NCBI GenBank assembly: GCA_001799635.1
Contig: MGTV01000029.1
Location: forward strand, 1,309-65,308
Length of the DNA: 64,000 nucleotides
Direction of reading: 5' to 3'
Source: Elusimicrobia bacterium GWA2_62_23
GTDB lineage: Bacteria > Elusimicrobiota > Elusimicrobia > Elusimicrobiales > UBA9959
In this document: piece by piece, positions 61,056-64,000 of the stretch
How positions within the stretch are numbered: the stretch's first letter is position 1
How the letters are laid out: every line of letters starts with the position of its first letter
Program-made: the position numbers and the translations under genes
Notes under the pieces: model-generated
What the model was told of the DNA's origin: nothing
Database searches by the model: none
Seen by the model: the letters and a program-made list of their open reading frames with translations, nothing else

Positions 61056-61843
61056 AATTCTGGAAAATGTCGGGGGCGGGCAACGATTTCGCGCTGATCA
61101 CCGGCGCGGCCCGGACTTCCGCCCTGAAATCCCTGGCTGTCAGGCTGTGTGCCAGGAAAGAGGGCGTGGGAGCCGACGGGTTGCTGTTCGTCCGCCGGGC
61201 GGGCCGCGGCGCCGTGGAGGTCCGTTATTTCAATTCCGACGGCTCGGAGGCTTTCTGCGGCAACGGGTCGCGCTGCGCGGCCTGGTGGGCGCACCTGAAA
61301 GGGCTGGCGGGCCGCAAGTTCCTCCTGAAGACCCTGGCCGGAACGCTGGAGGCGGAAATAGCCGGCCCCGAAAGCGTGCGCATGCGCATGCCCGACGTGA
61401 AAGGCGCGTCCCTGGCGCACAAGGGGAAGTACCCGCGCGGCGTGGGCCTGGTGCATTTTCTCAATACCGGGGTGCCGCACGCGGTGGCGCCGGTGCGCGG
61501 GCTGGAAAAGCTGGATGTGGCAACCCTTGGGCGCCTGTTGCGGTTCAATAAGGCTTTCGGGCGGGCGGGCGCCAACGCGGATTTCGTGGAGGTGCGGGGC
61601 GGCCGGGTGCAGGTCCGCACTTACGAACGTGGAGTGGAAGGTGAGACACTGGCCTGCGGCACCGGCATTACCGCGGCCGCCGTGGCGCTTTCGCTGGCCG
61701 GCTCGCTGACGCCTCCGGTGACGCTGCTCTCGCGCAGCGGCGAGAAATTCAAGGTGTGGCTGAAGCCGGCCGGGAAGAAGGCTTCGAAAATAGTCCTCCA
61801 GGGCCCGGCGCGGTTGATCTTCGAAGGAGAATTCAAATGCTGA
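61043..61843 (+). CDS. dapF: Diaminopimelate epimerase
   Basis: FWKMSGAGNDFALI, NSDGSEAFCGNG, LACGTGITA. Confidence 0.9.
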   Translation: MRKIKFWKMSGAGNDFALITGAARTSALKSLAVRLCARKEGVGADGLLFVRRAGRGAVEVRYFNSDGSEAFCGNGSRCAAWWAHLKGLAGRKFLLKTLAGTLEAEIAGPESVRMRMPDVKGASLAHKGKYPRGVGLVHFLNTGVPHAVAPVRGLEKLDVATLGRLLRFNKAFGRAGANADFVEVRGGRVQVRTYERGVEGETLACGTGITAAAVALSLAGSLTPPVTLLSRSGEKFKVWLKPAGKKASKIVLQGPARLIFEGEFKC

Positions 61844-62721
61844 AACTCAAAGGCGTTTTCACGGCTATCGTTACCCCTTTCAAGAGCGGCAAGCCGGACC
61901 TCGAGGCGCTCAAAAAAATAGTGAAGTTCCAGATAGAAGGCGGCGTGAGCGGCCTGGTGCCCTGCGGTTCCACCGGTGAGGCGGCTACGCTGTCGCCGGA
62001 AGAATACCTGGCCGTGATAAAGACCGTGGTGGCCGCGGCCAAGGGCAAAGTGCCCGTGGTCCCCGGGGTAGGCACGAATTCCACCGAAAAGTCGGTGGAG
62101 ATGGTGAAGAAGGTCTCCGCTCTCGGCGTGGACGGCCTGCTGGCCATAGTGCCCTACTACAACAAGCCCACGCAGGAAGGCATGACCGTTCATTTCTCCG
62201 AGCTGGCCAAGGCCACGCGCCTGCCGGTGATCCTCTACAATATCCCCGGCCGCACCGGTGTGAACATGCTGCCGGCCACGGCGCTGGGGCTGCGCGCTAA
62301 ATTCTCCAACATAGTCGGCATCAAGGAAGCCTCTGGCAGCCTCGACCAGGTGAGCGAGATCATAAACGGGGCCGATAAGGATTTTATCGTCATGAGCGGC
62401 GACGATTCGCTGACGCTGCCGATGATGTCGGTAGGCGCGAAGGGCGTAATCTCGGTGGCGGCCAACGTGGCGCCCGCCGAGACGGCCCGGATGTGCGAGT
62501 TGTTCCTGGACGGGGACATCTCCGGCGCGGCGGAGCTGCACCACCGGCTGTTCCCGCTGGTGAAGGCCCTGTTCTGCGAGACCAACCCTATACCTGTGAA
62601 GTACGCGGCGTCGCTCCTGGGCCTGTGCTCTTGCGAGCCGCGCCTGCCGCTCACGCCGCTCTCCCAGGCCCGCCGGGCCGGGCTGAAAGCGGAACTGATA
62701 AAAGCCGGCATCCTTAACTAG
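61837..62721 (+). CDS. dapA: 4-hydroxy-tetrahydrodipicolinate synthase
   Basis: GVFTAIVTPF, GSTGEAATLS, YNKPTQEG, ILYNIPGRTG, GIKEASG. The ATG at 61837 overlaps the dapF stop. Confidence 0.95.
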   Translation: MLKLKGVFTAIVTPFKSGKPDLEALKKIVKFQIEGGVSGLVPCGSTGEAATLSPEEYLAVIKTVVAAAKGKVPVVPGVGTNSTEKSVEMVKKVSALGVDGLLAIVPYYNKPTQEGMTVHFSELAKATRLPVILYNIPGRTGVNMLPATALGLRAKFSNIVGIKEASGSLDQVSEIINGADKDFIVMSGDDSLTLPMMSVGAKGVISVAANVAPAETARMCELFLDGDISGAAELHHRLFPLVKALFCETNPIPVKYAASLLGLCSCEPRLPLTPLSQARRAGLKAELIKAGILN

Positions 62722-62897
62722 CCTGTTGCCGAATAATAGGAGCGGGTGGCGACGGGTATGCCTTCGGAGGGGCGTCGCGGAGGCCGAGGCTTACGTAAGC
62801 GACGAGGCCGAGCGACGAGCGGCGAGCACGGTGTGCGAGACCGCGTACCCGTAGAAGGCATACCCGTCGACACTCGCGAACCTGCAGGCAACAGGCC
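62721..62897 (+). repeat. Copy C of the palindromic intergenic repeat family
   Basis: Outer stem GCCTGTTGCC (62721-62730)/GGCAACAGGC (62887-62896). Inner 16-bp arms CGACGGGTATGCCTTC/GAAGGCATACCCGTCG. Central GCTTACGTAAGC palindrome. Confidence 0.75.
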
Positions 62898-62900
62898 TGA

Positions 62901-63740
62901 CTATTCCTGGGGTGGTTCGCCCGCGGCTGCGGGCGTGCTTACTATTACTTCGGTGGAATTGATGACCTCGAAAGAGTCCTGCAGGACCGCGTCCTCGGCT
63001 TCATCGGGGAGGTAGCCTGAGGCGCGCATGCGGCCTATGATGCGGCTCTTCTGGCGCTCCATGAAGCGCGTGCCGCCCACCGGGTTGTAGCGCCGGGGGG
63101 AGGGCAGGGCGGCCGCCAGGGCGGCGGCTTCCTCCGGCGTGAGGTCCGCGGCGCTCTTGCCGAAGTAGGCCTGCGCCGCCGCTTCCGCGCCGTAAATGCC
63201 TTTGCCCCACTCCGCCACGTTCAGGTAGAGCTCGAAAATGCGGCGCTTGCCCAGGTGGCGCTCCAGCCGGCGGGCGATGAGAATCTCTTTCACCTTGCGC
63301 AGCGGGTTCTTGGAGGGGGAGAGGTAGAGATTGCGCGCGAGCTGCTGGGTGATGGTGCTGCCGCCCTTGGCGAAGCGGCGCTTCTTCAGGTCTTCGGCTA
63401 TGGCCCGCTGGGTGCTCTCCCAGTCCACGCCCTTGTGGGCGTAGAACCCGTCGTCCTCGGCCACCAGCACCGCGTGTTTCAGGTTCTCCGAAATGGCCGT
63501 CCAGGGCGTCCAGACCATGCGGCGCGGCAGTTTTTTGCCCTGCGCCCGGGCCTGGCGCTCCTTGAGGCGCATGAAAGAGGTTTCTGACGGGTTCGTCTTT
63601 TTGAGCGGGGTAACGTCGGGCAGCCACAGCACGTAGCCGGCGCTGACCAGGAGGAACAGGCCCAGCAGCGCTGCCAGGACGCGCAATTCTCGGCCGGCGA
63701 AGGGATAGCCGCCGCGCGCGGCCGGAGAAGTTCTGGGCAT
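62901..63740 (-). CDS. mtgA: Monofunctional peptidoglycan glycosyltransferase (GT51)
   Basis: AVLVAEDDGFYAHKGVD, GGSTITQQLARN, RRIFELYLNVAEWG. Confidence 0.9.
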   Translation of the reverse strand: MPRTSPAARGGYPFAGRELRVLAALLGLFLLVSAGYVLWLPDVTPLKKTNPSETSFMRLKERQARAQGKKLPRRMVWTPWTAISENLKHAVLVAEDDGFYAHKGVDWESTQRAIAEDLKKRRFAKGGSTITQQLARNLYLSPSKNPLRKVKEILIARRLERHLGKRRIFELYLNVAEWGKGIYGAEAAAQAYFGKSAADLTPEEAAALAAALPSPRRYNPVGGTRFMERQKSRIIGRMRASGYLPDEAEDAVLQDSFEVINSTEVIVSTPAAAGEPPQE

Positions 63741-63744
63741 GGGT

Positions 63745-64000
63745 TTAATGCCGGCCCAGCAGGCGGTCGGCGGCTTCCAGGCCTTCCTTCACGCTCTCTT
63801 CCATGAAGGAGTATTTCCACCCGCCGTAGCGGCCTATGCTCTGGGCTTTGCGGGCTTTGAGCCAGTCGCCGATTACGGGCAGGGCGGCGGTCCGCTCCTT
63901 GTTGTAGACCACGTAGGCGCAGGGGATCTTGAGCCAAAGCTTTTCCACTACGCGCGCGCCGGGGCCGAGCAGGCCGCAGGCCTTCAGGCCTTTCAGGGCG
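63745..64000 (-). CDS. C-terminal fragment of a FAD-dependent oxidoreductase-like protein (gene continues beyond the window)
   Basis: The tail ...SIGRYGGWKYSFMEESVKEG resembles amine-oxidase/UDP-galactopyranose-mutase-type flavoproteins. The ORF is open to the window edge. Confidence 0.35.
   Translation of the reverse strand, partial: ALKGLKACGLLGPGARVVEKLWLKIPCAYVVYNKERTAALPVIGDWLKARKAQSIGRYGGWKYSFMEESVKEGLEAADRLLGRH

Noticed and set aside
62746-63015. 89-aa ORF starting in the dapA-mtgA spacer
   Set aside because: It lies within repeat copy C and then runs antisense into mtgA. The Arg/Gly-rich translation reflects the repeat sequence, and equivalent ORFs are not preserved in copies A and B.

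Overview
High-GC chromosomal segment from a diderm bacterium (LptF/G, TolC-type and C-terminal-Phe beta-barrel proteins), with about 60 protein genes packed tightly on both strands. I cannot assign taxonomy from sequence alone. Most genes are housekeeping: infC-rpmI-rplT-pheS-pheT, zapA-rarA-xseA-xseB-tlyA, lptFG, tkt, dnaE, a PPi-type phosphofructokinase, dapF-dapA and mtgA. I saw no rRNA, tRNA, CRISPR array, transposase or integrase. Two loci look like uncharacterised enzyme systems. (1) At 1992-5775, a nitrogenase-like module has its NifH-type ATPase fused in one 829-aa ORF to a NifD/E-like domain, followed by an overlapping NifK/N-like gene, with no other nif or bch genes nearby. (2) At 23467-28658, a translationally coupled operon encodes a radical-SAM/SPASM enzyme, two tandem paralogous pairs of UbiU/UbiV-like (peptidase-U32 family) Cys-rich proteins, and a SAM methyltransferase. 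This looks like an O2-independent hydroxylation/methylation pathway with an unknown substrate. Other notable items: a 130-175 nt hairpin repeat family that fills three convergent intergenic regions; a cassette-like mini-island at the left edge where a ~70 nt repeat follows each small gene; a ~125 nt multi-stem element at 1060-1186; a GspE/PilB secretion ATPase fused to a receiver domain beside a hybrid kinase with Hpt; a SprA-like giant outer-membrane protein; a mazEF module; and several genes with a -10 box 7-11 nt upstream of the start codon and no Shine-Dalgarno sequence. Many long ORFs in the track are antisense artefacts of the high GC content and are not reported as genes.
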